From: Phoronis australis
Lineage: Eukaryota > Animalia > Phoronida
Assembly (NCBI GenBank): GCA_002633005.1
Contig: NMRA01000098.1
Location: 230,384 to 293,711 of the forward strand
DNA length: 63,328 bases
Direction of reading: 5' to 3'
Shown here piece by piece: positions 51,375 to 63,328 of the stretch; position 1 is the stretch's first letter; every line of letters starts with the position of its first letter. The notes beneath the pieces were generated by a model. That model was not told the origin of the DNA. It saw only the letters and a list, made by a program, of their open reading frames with translations, and made no database searches. A program made the position numbers and the translations under genes.

Positions 51375-52747
51375 CTTGGAAGATTGACGCCAGTGATGCA
51401 GTAGCAGGTGAGAGAACGAGAATTGATGGAAATTATCACAGGGTTTACTATCCTTTTAAAGGAAAACCTCAATTACTCGATTTTATATGCTATGGTCACA
51501 TGTTAGTGGAATCTTTATACAAATACATTATTCAAATCATTGTTAATGTACAACCTTTGCCCTAACGGTCTGTGGAAGGTGAACCCGACTTCGCGGCCCC
51601 CAGTTTCGTGGCTAATAATTACAAGCATATTATTTCTTTGGCTCACTATTATAGTCTTTTCGTGAATGGAGGTTTAGTTTCCAACTCAAGCTGCTTCATA
51701 TTCGTGCCAGTCCCGGCGGCCGCGAGGGACCTTATCGGGTTCCAAGCCACTGGTCAAGATAACGAGTCAGTCCGGCCGCGACGGGCCTGATCGGGTTCCG
51801 AGCCACTGGCCGGGATAACAAGCGTTTTGTGTGTTTAGAACTCAAAAAATTACAAGTCTAAACAACAGAGATCTAGGTTTCCTTGTCTGTATTTCACGGA
51901 AGAATACTTCGAATTTATCTCCGAACAGACCCAAACTCCTGCTACGGACCTTGGAAAAATTCAGTGGCCTGCCGAACTTTGTATGCTAGGGTGTATCCAA
52001 ATACCAGTAAATCCGTAACAGCGAAATAAACAACACGTTTTTACAAGAACTCGGTGTATTTTTAAGGGTTTTACATCGAAGTTTAATGATTAATTGGGAG
52101 TTAAACGATGAATTCAAGCGATAAGCTGACACCAGTAACCCGTGTTTTGAACTGCTGAGCAGACTGCGTGTGAAACCAATGACGTCATTGGATAACTTCA
52201 ACACCTCCGTCTTCCGTCAGGTAACGCAATCGAACGTGCCGTTATCGAGTAGAGCTTCTCGATCTAAATTGATACAAAATAGGTTGTTTTTTGGGTGGCA
52301 TGCTCCTTTAAGACGCCCTTTTCCTTCAATGGTTGGTGACTTACAATAGAATTAGTCTTTTGGGTTAGCATCGCTTGTGTTGTAGGAAATCCTCCGCGTG
52401 CTCTTCCTGATAATCTGAATACTCACTACTCAAAAAACAACTTAGACGGAAAACTTAGAGCAATAACAAAAAAAGTAGGAAATATTAGGAATTTCAGAAA
52501 AAAGTAGGAACGCTTGAAAGCCTGATGAATATCTCCAAAATTTCGTTTCTCCCGAGTTTTTGCAGTGTTGGCTTGCATACTAAAAGACACATTTCACATT
52601 TTCTAATCAACATGAACACTGATCAAGTTCACTGGATTGACTTTTTATTAAAACTGGAGGATTAAAGTCCCATAGTAAATCCAGATTGATCAATCGCTCA
52701 TTTTTCAAGTACAATACAAGTGAATAGTTCTTTTGGGAAGTCTTGGT

Positions 52748-52763
52748 GGCCCTTAAAAGGGCC
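52748..52763 (-). terminator. Histone 3' stem-loop of H2A with downstream purine-rich element
   Basis: AAC-GGCCCTTTTAAGGGCC-ACCA, followed by CAAAAGAACT (52726-52735), a candidate U7-binding HDE. Confidence 0.93.
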
Positions 52764-52788
52764 GTTGTGGTTTTGTGTTCCAAGCAAT

Positions 52789-53175
52789 TTATTTAGCCTT
52801 CTCGGCCTTTGCTTGCGTTTTCTTTGGGAGAAGAACAGACTGGATATTGGGCAGTACACCACCTTGAGAGATGGTGACGCCAGACAGTAACTTGTTCAGC
52901 TCCTCATCATTGCGAACGGCTAGCTGCAAATGTCTTGGAATGATTCTCGACTTCTTGTTGTCACGAGCAGCATTCCCTGCCAACTCTAGAATTTCTGCCG
53001 CCAGATATTCCATCACAGCTGCCAGGTAAACGGGCGCTCCGCTGGCGATACGTTGGGCGTAGTTACCTTTGCGGAGATGTCGATGGATTCTTCCAACAGG
53101 GAACTGGAGACCAGCCCGTGAAGAACGCGACTTGGCTTTGCTTCGCTGCTTTCCACCCTTTCCTCTGCCTGACAT
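52789..53175 (-). CDS. H2A: Histone H2A, intronless, replication-dependent type, 128 aa
   Basis: MSGRGKGG...[11 protein letters not shown]...LLPKKT. The true start is the ATG at 53175, not the ORF-track start. Confidence 0.97.
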   Translation of the reverse strand: MSGRGKGGKQRSKAKSRSSRAGLQFPVGRIHRHLRKGNYAQRIASGAPVYLAAVMEYLAAEILELAGNAARDNKKSRIIPRHLQLAVRNDEELNKLLSGVTISQGGVLPNIQSVLLPKKTQAKAEKAK

Positions 53176-53246
53176 TATTTTACTCCTAATAACGTTACTA
53201 GCTATCACTGGAAATGGAATGATAGCAATAAAGGCATGACAGCGGG

Positions 53247-53565
53247 TATTTATACCACGATAAGGATCCAAAAGAATTTCCGCGCGAGTGACAAAGCAAC
53301 CAATAATACTTTGGCATGTAGCAAATCAGTCTCAAGATTGGATGGTTTTAATGCACGCGCGATTGTCTTTTTTAATTCCTAGATCCAAGTACAAAAAACT
53401 GCGTGCGAGCGCACGTTTGGATTCTCTCACTGTGATTGGCTATGGTTTTGTTGGCACTATCCAATGAAATCAATTGAACAGTAAAAGTAGTTTTTCATAA
53501 GTTATAATATAGCACGTGCACTTTTGTTTGGCAATCCTATCAATTTGCACTGTCATGCTATAAAA
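53247..53565. promoter_or_regulatory. Divergent H2A/H2B promoter
   Basis: TATAAATA on the minus strand (53247-53254) with GGATCC upstream; TATAAAA on the plus strand (53559-53565) preceded by octamer-like ATTTGCAC (53543-53550); several CCAAT/ATTGG boxes in between. Confidence 0.8.
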
Positions 53566-53625
53566 TGATCGCAGATTTATGTTTCCACAGTCTCTTCTGA
53601 TTGAGGTAGTTCTGTGAGAGAAAGC

Positions 53626-53994
53626 ATGCCGGCTGCAGGTTCTAAAGGTGCAAAGAAGGCGGTGAAGGCAAAGGCTCCAAATGCTGGAGATAAAAAGAAA
53701 CGAAAGAGGACGAGGAAGGAAAGTTACGGCATTTATATTTACAAAGTTCTGAAACAAGTTCATCCAGACACCGGCGTTTCCAGCAAAGCTATGAGCATCA
53801 TGAACAGTTTCGTCAATGACATCTTCGAACGTCTCGCCGGTGAGGCATCTCGCCTCGCTCACTACAACAAGCGTTCAACCATCACTAGCCGGGAGATTCA
53901 GACTGCTGTCCGTCTCTTGTTGCCAGGTGAACTTGCGAAGCATGCTGTGAGTGAAGGCACTAAAGCCGTCACTAAATACACTAGTTCCAAGTAA
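53626..53994 (+). CDS. H2B: Histone H2B, intronless, replication-dependent type, 122 aa
   Basis: [21 protein letters not shown]...AVTKYTSSK; ATG at 53626. Confidence 0.97.
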   Translation: MPAAGSKGAKKAVKAKAPNAGDKKKRKRTRKESYGIYIYKVLKQVHPDTGVSSKAMSIMNSFVNDIFERLAGEASRLAHYNKRSTITSREIQTAVRLLLPGELAKHAVSEGTKAVTKYTSSK

Positions 53995-54017
53995 AATGCT
54001 AGTTTTTATAACCCAAC

Positions 54018-54033
54018 GGCCCTTTTAAGGGCC
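54018..54033 (+). terminator. Histone 3' stem-loop of H2B with downstream element
   Basis: CCAAC-GGCCCTTTTAAGGGCC-ACC, identical to the H2A stem-loop, followed by AAAAGGGGCTG (about 54047-54057). Confidence 0.93.
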
Positions 54034-54124
54034 ACCTACTTAATCCAAAAGGGGCTGTTCGCTTATAGCTACATGCAGTACTGAGAAGACCATTCAGTAA
54101 ACTAACCCAAAATTTTGCCAGTCG

Positions 54125-55255
54125 ACCACAGGCGTCCTCGGCTTCTGAACGTCCCCAATACATATAATAGGCTACTACAAGGTATGACATTCGGGAAGGA
54201 ATTCCACGGATGCTTCACTTCAGCCGTCCATATCAAACTCAAAACTCGATAAATTTACACAAAACAGGGTTTCCAGAAACGATTAGTAATTGTTCTTCTA
54301 ATACCATTAACGGTGTCCTGCTCCAGCGAGATCGCCACAAATTCGCGGTCAAATCACAAAAATGTTCCCAAACAGCCCATCCATAGGCGTCCTCAGCTTC
54401 TGATCGTCCCCAATATGTAGTGTATTGGGGACGATCAGAAGCTGAGGATGCCTCTCGCTGGTTCCCTGCGTGCTTAGCCCAGCCAGCACGCAAACGCGAC
54501 CCAGTCGCAAAATTACTTTTTTTACTCTCGCGACATCTAGCGCCCAGATAGCGTTTTGATGACGTGCGCGTTAATAGAATGACCCGAGTCTTCACAAGTG
54601 GAGGAGTATTTTATATAGGAAGTAAACACTTGCGGAGGTCGGCTTTGTTTTTGTTTTCAAATTACACTGCAGTTGTATTCTTTGATAATTTGTAAAGGTG
54701 TAAACAAAAATACTCCAAGTATATGGCCTTTGTGCTTATGATATACCTCGCATTTTGCCTAATATAACTTTTGACATAAGTAATTGGCTTGTAAAATGCA
54801 CACTATCTATTCATCAGAGTCTTACACAGTCGGTCACAAAGCCGATGTTATGTTTATTTGACGCCGCATGGTTGTCAATACTTGCATTTGAAGGCAACAT
54901 GTTCATCTGATCAGATTTTGAATTTGTCAATGCCCAAATAACATGCAGTGCTGCGAACACAAACCAATTTGCAAGTGTGAGGAACTGGCCGTACTAATCA
55001 GTGGCGGATCTAGGATACCATTAAGGGGTGTNCGAATTTCTTGCGAACTCGTTGGAGCACGACACATTGAATGGTACTATAAGAAAGAACAATTTCTCAT
55101 GGTTTGTTGAACTCCTTTTTTGTGTAAATTTATTGAGTTATGTGTTTGATATGGACGGCTGAATCGCAGAACCCGTGGAATTTCTAGTCCCGAGTGTCAT
55201 ACCTTGTAGTATTATATGTAGTGTAGTGGGGACGATCAGCTGAGGACGCCTGTGG
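54125..55255. mobile_element. Foldback element just downstream of H2B
   Basis: 54125-54308 and 55070-55255 are inverted copies; near-perfect internal hairpin at 54385-54453. Confidence 0.6.
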
Positions 55256-55354
55256 TTTTTAACTTAAACGGCTGTAACGGGCAATTAGGTGAGTGTTGCA
55301 CCCCGTCCGGTAACGGGCAATTAGGTGAGTGTTGCACCCCGTCCGGTCTTTAGC

Positions 55355-55515
55355 TCTACATGCTGACACAGGTTTCACGGCGAGTTGACGAGCAGAACTA
55401 CCCTGGCTATGTGCAATTTTCGAGGTCTATGGAAGAAAACCTCACAGTGGTACCCAGATGTATTTTGACGATAGTCTTCATACACTAGCTGGCTGACTAG
55501 GAGTGTCTAGATCTA
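55355..55515. repeat. About 165-bp dispersed direct repeat (second copy at about 56655-56830)
   Basis: tacatgctga...gtttcacggc...gacgagcagaactac...gatgtattttgacga...tagctggctg occurs twice. Confidence 0.7.
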
Positions 55516-58500
55516 GAACAAATGGATATTTCTACCCCCGCCAATTTTAGCGCATTATTCCTTGCCAGCGATCGTAATTCCCACGCCGCCCCTTGTTTTG
55601 TATACACAATCTATCGATACACACTTAAATGGGCTGTCTCACTTATACTTTTTAATTCACTTGTCCGTTTTATTTGTGGCCGGGAACTGGGAAGTACATG
55701 AACAGGAAATACTGTTGGTAAGTAGAGCAGGCCTGTGTGCAATACTGAGAAGACTTGTGTCCTTGAGTCGCGATCACCTCCCTAGGAACTATTTCTCGTA
55801 GTCACTCACCACTTTCACGCAGGGCTTATCCTATTACAGGGCTGTAGAAAGCGCGGGGCACGTGCCCCCCAAAATTCGCAGGCGTCAGGGTTAAACTGTG
55901 GCAACTGACACAGGCGTAGGGCCGGTGACACGAGTCGAGAAAAGACTGCGAAATACGGACGAGATAGAAATTTCAAGAGAACATTTGACAATTCAGTATT
56001 AATGTATGGTTTCCACTTTAGGGCTCTGGCCAGGACATCATTGGATCTCCGTTTGTGCAGCACAGGTCATTTAATCATTCATTCATACATTTCGAAAAAT
56101 CGAGAAAATTTGTAAAGCGAAGCTTTTGCGGAGCGTATTAATTCACTGGATTTTTAAATTCAATAAGACAAAACTATATTTTTCCAGAGGCCCCTTTCTG
56201 GCAAGGGATAACGGAGTCAACTGTCGCTCTATTTTTTCACGTCAAAAATCTGCGAACTTGCCTGCTGAAATTGCTTATAATATACCGTTTTGATAAACAT
56301 ATTCGTTGATTTAAAACGCATGCCCACGTATCTACGAAACTCGACAGATTCATAAATAATCTTTTACCATTAGAAGGTAATTTTGTAAGAATTGATGATG
56401 TTTCAGTGAATTTAGTTGGAGCCTGAAGTTGGGAAAAATCTATTATCCGATCCCCAAAGAGTAAAATACACTTGGACGACTTATTGCCTATATAAAATAA
56501 TTCTCAAAAGTATACTCACAATTCAGAAAACGACGCGCATGTCACTAGTGTTAACATTCTTTCGGAAATTATTTATCACTTAAACAGATGTAACTGGCAA
56601 GGTGATAGTCGGTTGACTCCCAGATTTTGCATGCAGCCCCGCTGGTCTTATAGCTATACATGCTGATACAAGTTTCACGGCAAGGTGACGAGCAGAACTA
56701 CACGGGCTGTGTGTAATTTCGAGGTCTGTTGGGAGCTCAGCATGTGCACAATGGTACCTAGATGTATTTTGACGACAGTCTGTGCATACAAGTAGCTGGC
56801 TGGCTACTCGTGAGTGCACTGGCTCTAGACAGATTCTTACTCTTCCGGAAACTTTGTTGGTTCACGGTTAGTTAAATCCTGATGGCTGCATCCCAAGGAT
56901 TGCCCTCCCTCCACCTATGGCGGACGTGGAGGATTCGTTACAAATATGGCGGCATCCAGAAGAAAAGGAGTGGGTGAGGGGACTGAGATGGTGGCAATAG
57001 GAAGGGAGGGGTAGTTTGGCGAAGTCGAATTGGTTTGTGCACAACCCCAATAATTTTTGCCTTCCTACAGGCCTGCTTCATTAGCGTCATGGCTCAGCAA
57101 TATATCTCTATGTTGACAGCATGTACGCACGCGATATCTGGTTGCGAAGTATTTATGTTCTTGCTTTTCTCGCAAGAGCCTAGGTCTATGGAACGCACGC
57201 AAGGTCTCAAGCAACAGCCAACCACCAATTCCTCTAAGTCCAGAAATCATTTCAAATCTGAATTAGGAATAGTAACGGTAAGTGATTTAAGTCAAATGTT
57301 ATTTTTTACAGAATTGAAGTTCATAGTTTTATTATCAATAACTAGGACCTAAATCGATATTTTCAAGCGCAGTTGCCTTTGGAAGGTCAAATAGCAAATA
57401 TTTGGAATTTCATAGCATCCGTTCACGCATCAATGTTCAAAATTGAAAATGCACATTCGGCATCATATCAGAACTTTCAGTGTTTCTTGACTGTTACAGC
57501 TAGTAATTTTCACAGTTACTGGAGTAGGGGATTTATATTTTCAACATATGATGAATTTGGGTATTGCGGAATGCAGATATATGATAATAATCGTTCAGTT
57601 TTAGCGACCCAATCGAGCCTGCCTGAATTAAGGAGTGTACGCCTACAATTCTTGCCCGAATGCTCAGAATCATGGGCGGAGTTTGTATGTCATTTGGTTG
57701 AACTACAAGTAAGTGAACGCGGCTTTATCGAGTTCACTGATGCATTAAATTGTAGTCTCTGTCTGTTATGCTTGCAAATACATGTACAAACTCTCGTCGG
57801 CTTACGCCTTGCTTACATTTTAGTTTATTTCAGATTCCATCCACAAGTCCTATGTATGAGTGAATGTTAACTTTTACAAAAATGGCGGTAACGCTAAAAC
57901 GCTCGGTAGTATTCGGCCGATCGCGGAAATAACTGAAAGTGCACTTAGGTCATTGGGCGGAGCTAAATCATCGACAGAAATAGAAGAGATAGACGGAGGA
58001 ATGTGGTTGGTGAAAAAAAACTGTACAAAGGCGTGTCTTTGAATTTATTCTGATTACCATGCGCGCACCCAGCCTTCAATATGGGGGGACTCGAATTTCT
58101 AAGGTTGTGGACCTTTTGGTAACAAAATAGCCGGCGGACTAAAAAAAAGAAAGAAGGAAAAAAACGGGCCCACACTGTGACTTGCGCGTTTTGTGCTTGT
58201 TTAGTGGACTTTTGTCTCATTTTCTCGGACATTTTGTTTCTTGCAAGCGGACCTTCTTGCCCCCCCCCCCCGGGNGATTCCTATAAAATGCTAAGCGAAA
58301 GCTGCGATATCAAAGGATGCATCTATCAAAAAATGTAAAATTTTGAGGTTTTGAGGATTACAATTACGTTAAATAAATCCTTTGGGCTACGCAAATTTAT
58401 TATGATAAAAATACCAAAAATAAGCTTTATTAAAAGAACTGCTGGTGTTAATAAACTTGCTCATACAGTGACGTTAGGCAACAAAACCACCTTCTCGTAA

Positions 58501-58652
58501 AACCCGACTTAGATTGCTAGGCTCAGCTTCCTTCCTAGCGAACAGCGCTGGGGTATTTGGCTCACAGACCACACTTTTGCTCTCATGAACTGTATTGTCT
58601 TCGTAAAGGTCAGTATGACATTGACAATATCTTCGGTGAGAGTTTATCTCTG

Positions 58653-58761
58653 TTATATCGCTTCATCTTCTGTGTCTTGCTTCATCAGAGGCGCTTCTGT
58701 TTTGGACGGCTTTCCATGCAGACCTACATACTTTTCGTAGAAAACTCGCTTATACTCGACA
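58653..58761 (-). CDS. SLC22-like terminal exon (VEYKRVF...EDEAI*)
   Basis: ttttgtttcag acceptor in matching phase 2, TAA stop; minus-strand AATAAA at 58426-58431. Confidence 0.7.
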
Positions 58762-61700
58762 CTGAAACAAAATACATTTGGTATCAAACACTACTGGATT
58801 TCACTAGTTTTGTGCCCTCTTAGTAAGCCAACTTTGAACGTTGCGATTATTCGAGAACATAAAACTAGTACCCAAAATATATTCGAAAATGCTTTTGATC
58901 TATATCACTACACGGTATATACAAATTTTATACTCGATCGAACTTACGTTCCGAAACTTTCTCCGTCGGACAAGGTTTCCGGGATGCGGGCCCGGTTGGT
59001 TTCTGGTAGAATCAACGCCAGACCTCCAGCCACAACAGACAGTGATCCCATGAGTAGGGACGAGAGACAAAACCATACATACTTATCCTAGATTCAACAG
59101 ACAAATGATAGAATCATAAGAGATGAAGTATTATAAAGCTGCTAGGTTATCCTCCTTCTGTAAAAAGTAACTTTAATTTAGGCCTCTCATCATGATCAAA
59201 CTGATATGGATTTGACCCTCACTCAGACTAGACGTGATCCCTCGTTTGACAAAGAAAAAAGGTAGTTGAAGCTACGATCGACGCGTAAAATGCCACCTTC
59301 CCTCGACAAGCCAACTTTTGGATCTGCGTCGCGCAGTAAAGCAGGTTTCTTTGACAGGAAAGTGAAATCACACAAATGTTCATGAGATTTCAACATGCAT
59401 TGCAAGCGAAGTACGTAATTAATCACTTAAGCTTGTTTCGCAAGTGTTTTACGTTTACTGGACGCGTCCTGGCTTTACTTCGTTACTTCGAATTCGTTGA
59501 TAATGTTTAACGTGGCTTACCAGATGTATAAGCTGAGGTGCAAGGAGGCTTCCCACACGAGCGCACGTGGAACCCGAACCAACAGCCACGTTGCGAACCA
59601 CAGTGGGGAATAACTCGGCTGTGAACACGTAGACTATAGCAAAAGATGCACTACTCCCGAACTTCCCTATATTCGACAGCGCGATTACAAGACCTTGTAG
59701 CCCTGAAATCATGAAATGATAAGAACTAGTAAAACTTATAAAACAAAATATGTAAGCCAGCATCTAGCTTGGAGGAGTCAACGAGCTCCATTCGGTCCAT
59801 GGTAAAATCGTATAAGTCAGCAATTTGGCGAATTAAACAGTTTTACAATAATAAAACGTTTTCAAGTACGGCCCTATTGCAGCTTCAGAGACTTGCAAAT
59901 TCCTACACTCAATGAAAAACACGAAAATGTGCCTGGTTTCCAAAACGAGGTCATGTGCTTTCTAATCTCCTGGACAAAGGAGAGTTCTGTCGCCGTGTAA
60001 TCCAGGACGGCCATATTCTGACTAATCTAGAAAGGCGACTTCCATCTATGGGCAACCGTTTAAAAATCGTAAGAGGCTGCCTAAAAAGAGATTTAATTCT
60101 CTACCTGGGTTCTTAAGACCAGGTATAGAACCTAGCAAAGAGATCCCTGCCAGCAAAGACATTAGTAACAGAATCCACCGGCGGCCAAACCGGTTGAGAA
60201 CGAAACACATAACAATGTATGCTGGGATTCCCATGGAAGCGTTGATTACAGTATTGACGTATATGTTTCCATGGAGAGATCCTGTGTTGTAGGATAAACC
60301 GTAGTAGACAAAACTCGTTACAAACCTGTAAAACATAAACAAACCATGTATATGAGCAAGAGCGTTTGTTGAGCGTTTTTGCGCTCGAAAGGTAATACTC
60401 CACCCCTATACTACCTTCACTGCACAGTACTGTAGGCCTATACATTACACATGCATACACAGTTTTATGAACAGTCACCTTTCAGGTATGTTCAGGAAAA
60501 TCTAACAAAGTTGCTTAAACTGTTAGAGTTCTTTCCATCTTAAAACATTATTTTCCTAAACAAGCACTCTTGAGGATATTTAATGCTCTGGTACTGCCAC
60601 ATCTACATTTTGACGTAACACTGGCGCGGTTTAATAATTGTACGAGAGGCTTAATACTTTACAGAAAAAATTAGAGTCATTTTTCTCACGCAGAACTAGT
60701 TTGTAGGAGAATAGAATTCTTCTTCTTGACAACACTCTGAACCAAGAATTTTTAAAAGCCTTATTTCAAGAATAACCATCTACCATAGAATTATAACGAC
60801 TTTTTACAATTTCACCAACCACTATGAGACCTTCCTTGAATATGCACACTCACAATAGCAAAATTCATTAATGATTAAAACACCCCATTTCAGTAAAAAC
60901 TGTATTTCCTCAAATAATGTAACTGACAAAATCGACACAGAGACAGCTTATACGAATTTGCAATCCACTTAAAACATTGCATGTAACATTCTACACTTAA
61001 AATATTCTGTCACTTATCGAGTGGGATTTAATTCCGACAACAGGGCGTTAGACTGCGACCCCGGAAGATGTACGCTTGATCCCCGCTGGGCTGATCTCAA
61101 AACATCAGGTTTCTCGCCAAATGTTCTTTGAGCCCAGGGACTACATTTAATATGAGTAAGAAACGGATCGAGACCATTTTTAAAACGGGCAGTGTCTTAT
61201 TTTAATCAAAAGGAAGCCATCTGACAGCTTTAAGGTGCAAATGTGGTGGTTGACACCACTGGTTAAGTTATATAATTAGTGCCGCGATCTCCAGCATAAT
61301 CATTAAGAAAGGAGTTTTGTTCAACTGCAGTTATCCAAACGACTTACTTGTAGACCTTTACTTCGAGGGCTTCAGAAAGTGGCCTTTAGTATGAAAGAGC
61401 AGGGCTTTTAGGTGGACCTTTGTCAACATGTTTGGACAGTGCATTATTTGACATCGATGTTGCAAACAGGCCAGGAAAAAGGATTGCACACCGCCACCAC
61501 GTTTTCTTTACCATGATTTATTCGTTATTCAATTTCTTGCTTTTGTTATCAACAGCCTAGCAAAGCTCCACTTCAGTCAGATCACCAGTTTATGATTCAA
61601 TTCCAAGTGAAAATTTTTTCGTTTTTGTCCGTTATTCTTTACTCATTATTCCTTGAACACTTCACAAATTTATGTGCAGCTACATGCTTAATATGCAGTG

Positions 61701-62268
61701 AAATTTGGCCGTTTTTCAGGAAGAAGCCGGTTTTCTCCCTAAGGGGGGTAGGGGTGTCCAACTCCACCCTTGCGCCGTAATTTTGGACCCACATTTTTAA
61801 AATCCCACGTCACACTACATTTGTCATCAAAATCATCACTTGATCATCAATTGCCCTTTACGGTTTGAAATGTGTGGGATATAGTTCTGTCAGGCTAAGT
61901 GGGTTTTTTTTTGGAAATTGAGACGTATGCTCTTTGTTTTCACTGGTTGGTCTCATTCCGCATTTACTGAACGACGGATCCATTGTAACATGACGTCCCA
62001 TCTAACGTAAAGAGAACAAGTGCCGTCACGAAACGAACTATATGCACTGCGAAGAAATCGGCAAACATCAATATCTATCATTAGAACGCTTTGACGTCTC
62101 CAATCGATCTATCTCTTAATTCTTCTGACTCTCTCTACCTGTGTACATCTCAACAGCCTTCCAAACATACCAGCAAAACGAAATAACCAGTAGTCTTATT
62201 CTCATTCGTGGGCGGCGAAGAACGTCCATCAACGTTGCTCTCTCCTGGTGTTCATTCTCCAAGTTTCC
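58653..62268 (-). CDS. SLC22 / organic cation transporter-like MFS protein, last five coding exons; 5' exons not found in window
   Basis: Phase-consistent exons giving ...DVLRRPRMRIRLLVISFCWFVTSFVYYGL...RFGRR...GKFG...ELFPTVVRN...LPET...IPETLSDGE...stop. Confidence 0.9.
58948..59087 (-). CDS. SLC22-like exon (last TM, LPET...PETLSDGE)
   Basis: aatctag acceptor, GTAAGT donor, 140 nt; manual translation. Confidence 0.88.
59521..59702 (-). CDS. SLC22-like exon (GKFG...ELFPTVVRN)
   Basis: atttcag acceptor, GTAAGC donor, 182 nt. Confidence 0.92.
60105..60325 (-). CDS. SLC22-like exon (FVTSFVYYGL...RFGRR)
   Basis: ttttacag acceptor, GTAGAG donor, 221 nt. Confidence 0.9.
62171..62268 (-). CDS. 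SLC22-like exon (GNLENEHQERATLMDVLRRPRMRIRLLVISFC-W)
   Basis: atttag acceptor, GTATGT donor in phase 2; TG|G forms the Trp codon with the next exon. Confidence 0.8.
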
Positions 62269-63328
62269 CTAAATTTTCAAATAATCAAGTAGTTGTAACA
62301 TACTTTAAAAATCAGTCAATGTCAGCACTACTAAGTGATATCAGGATCATGGGTAAAGGTTCAGCTGATTCTCATATTTGTAATTTTCAAGAATAAGTAC
62401 TGGCGAAGAATCTTATAACTAAAGCAAGGAAACTTCCTCGTAACGTCGCCGACTAAGTTCTTTCGCCAAAAAGTATTGCATCGCTTGTGTAATGAAACGC
62501 ACACCTCACGTATGTTGTTTTCTGGCTGAGCGCGTACGAAGACCGAGGGAGATCTCCGTAAACTTGTATTTCTTATCAGAAAAGCTCGGCAGCTGAAATA
62601 TAGGAATTATCTCCAACGAAATGGTTTCCGAGGAAATGGCAATTCGTTTGCTAGGAATTTTTCTATTAAAATAGAAATATAATAAAAAACGTGGCGCACG
62701 CTACAGGTATGGCAAAAAGAGCGTGTTATCTACCCCTGGAGTGTAACGATATGGGCCGGCGAAACGTCGCAGTTTCAAAATGTTATTTATACATAATGGA
62801 CAGAGCGCTCAATGGACAAAGCTATGAATGAGCTCTATTTGACTCGGGCAGCGTCATGCGTAATAAGACAACTTAATTGGCAATATATTTTCACCCCAAA
62901 GTACAGTATTAATGTTCTACATATGTACAAATTGTTTACCCCGTTGACTCTCATCTATTTGAACTAATATCACATCCGTAGTACGCCAATCCATTTCACT
63001 TGTTAATGTTACTAATCCATCAGTTTTCGATTTGCAAGATTTAGCCTAACTCAATGTAATTAAATTAGTGATGGTGGGAATTTTCATGCCTACCCTAGTG
63101 TTCATAGCTTTTGTCCTTACTTCATTACTTTTAGTCTATTCACACACTTGTATATACTTCTTTTTCTCTTGTTAGATAAGCATGTTAACTATGAACTGTA
63201 TGAATTTATCACTATTTAACTACAGACATAATAATTATAATTGTTCGGGTGTCTGGAAAACAAAAATACCCCACTGCTTTTCGTCTATTACGTTCGACCT
63301 CACTCTTCTACTACGAAAACGACCCCGA

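Larger units (their letters stand above)
47633..52524. mobile_element. About 4.9-kb hAT-like composite non-autonomous element
   Basis: Perfect 13-bp inverted ends CAGGCTTTCAAGC/GCTTGAAAGCCTG, 8-bp flanks ATGAATTT/ATGAATAT, AAAAGTAGGA subterminal repeats at both ends. Confidence 0.7.

Noticed and set aside
53176-53271. 32-aa N-terminal extension on H2A (and MRES on H2B)
   Set aside because: The H2A extension starts upstream of the TATA box and the H2B one uses GTG. The canonical MSGRGK and MP starts follow.
57373-57870. 165-aa plus-strand ORF
   Set aside because: Non-ATG start, no recognisable domain and no supporting splice structure.
62510-62662. Open stretch with AG/GT ends as the next upstream SLC22 exon
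   Set aside because: No PESPRW motif, and its end phase does not match the exon starting at 62268.

Overview
Eukaryotic, intron-rich, AT-rich invertebrate (animal) genomic DNA from a draft assembly, with one 137-nt N gap and several single-N joins. Four loci are recognisable. (1) A copper-exporting P1B-ATPase (ATP7 family) on the minus strand: 19 phase-consistent GT-AG coding exons from 34794 down to 1762, about 1355 codons, last exon not found in the window, and seven GMTCxSC metal-binding domains. (2) ALG11 mannosyltransferase on the plus strand (4 exons, 491 aa), head-to-head with ATP7, the same arrangement as human ATP7B-ALG11. (3) An isolated, divergently transcribed pair of intronless, stem-loop-type histone H2A/H2B genes; the H2A carries unusual substitutions. 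(4) The last five exons of an SLC22-type organic cation transporter (minus strand). Introns and intergenic DNA are filled with non-autonomous DNA transposons (AcademH-like, hAT-like, Harbinger-like, pogo-like carrying a HIRAN-like remnant, a TGT..ACA element with a Gypsy-type integrase remnant, Helentron-associated elements), a LINE tail and minisatellites. One minisatellite multiplies an ATP7 splice acceptor seven times. I found no CRISPR array, rRNA or tRNA gene, and no clearly new multi-gene system. The best leads are the 7-domain ATP7, the conserved ATP7-ALG11 bidirectional locus, the acceptor minisatellite and several unusual transposon architectures. All calls come from manual reading; no database searches were run.
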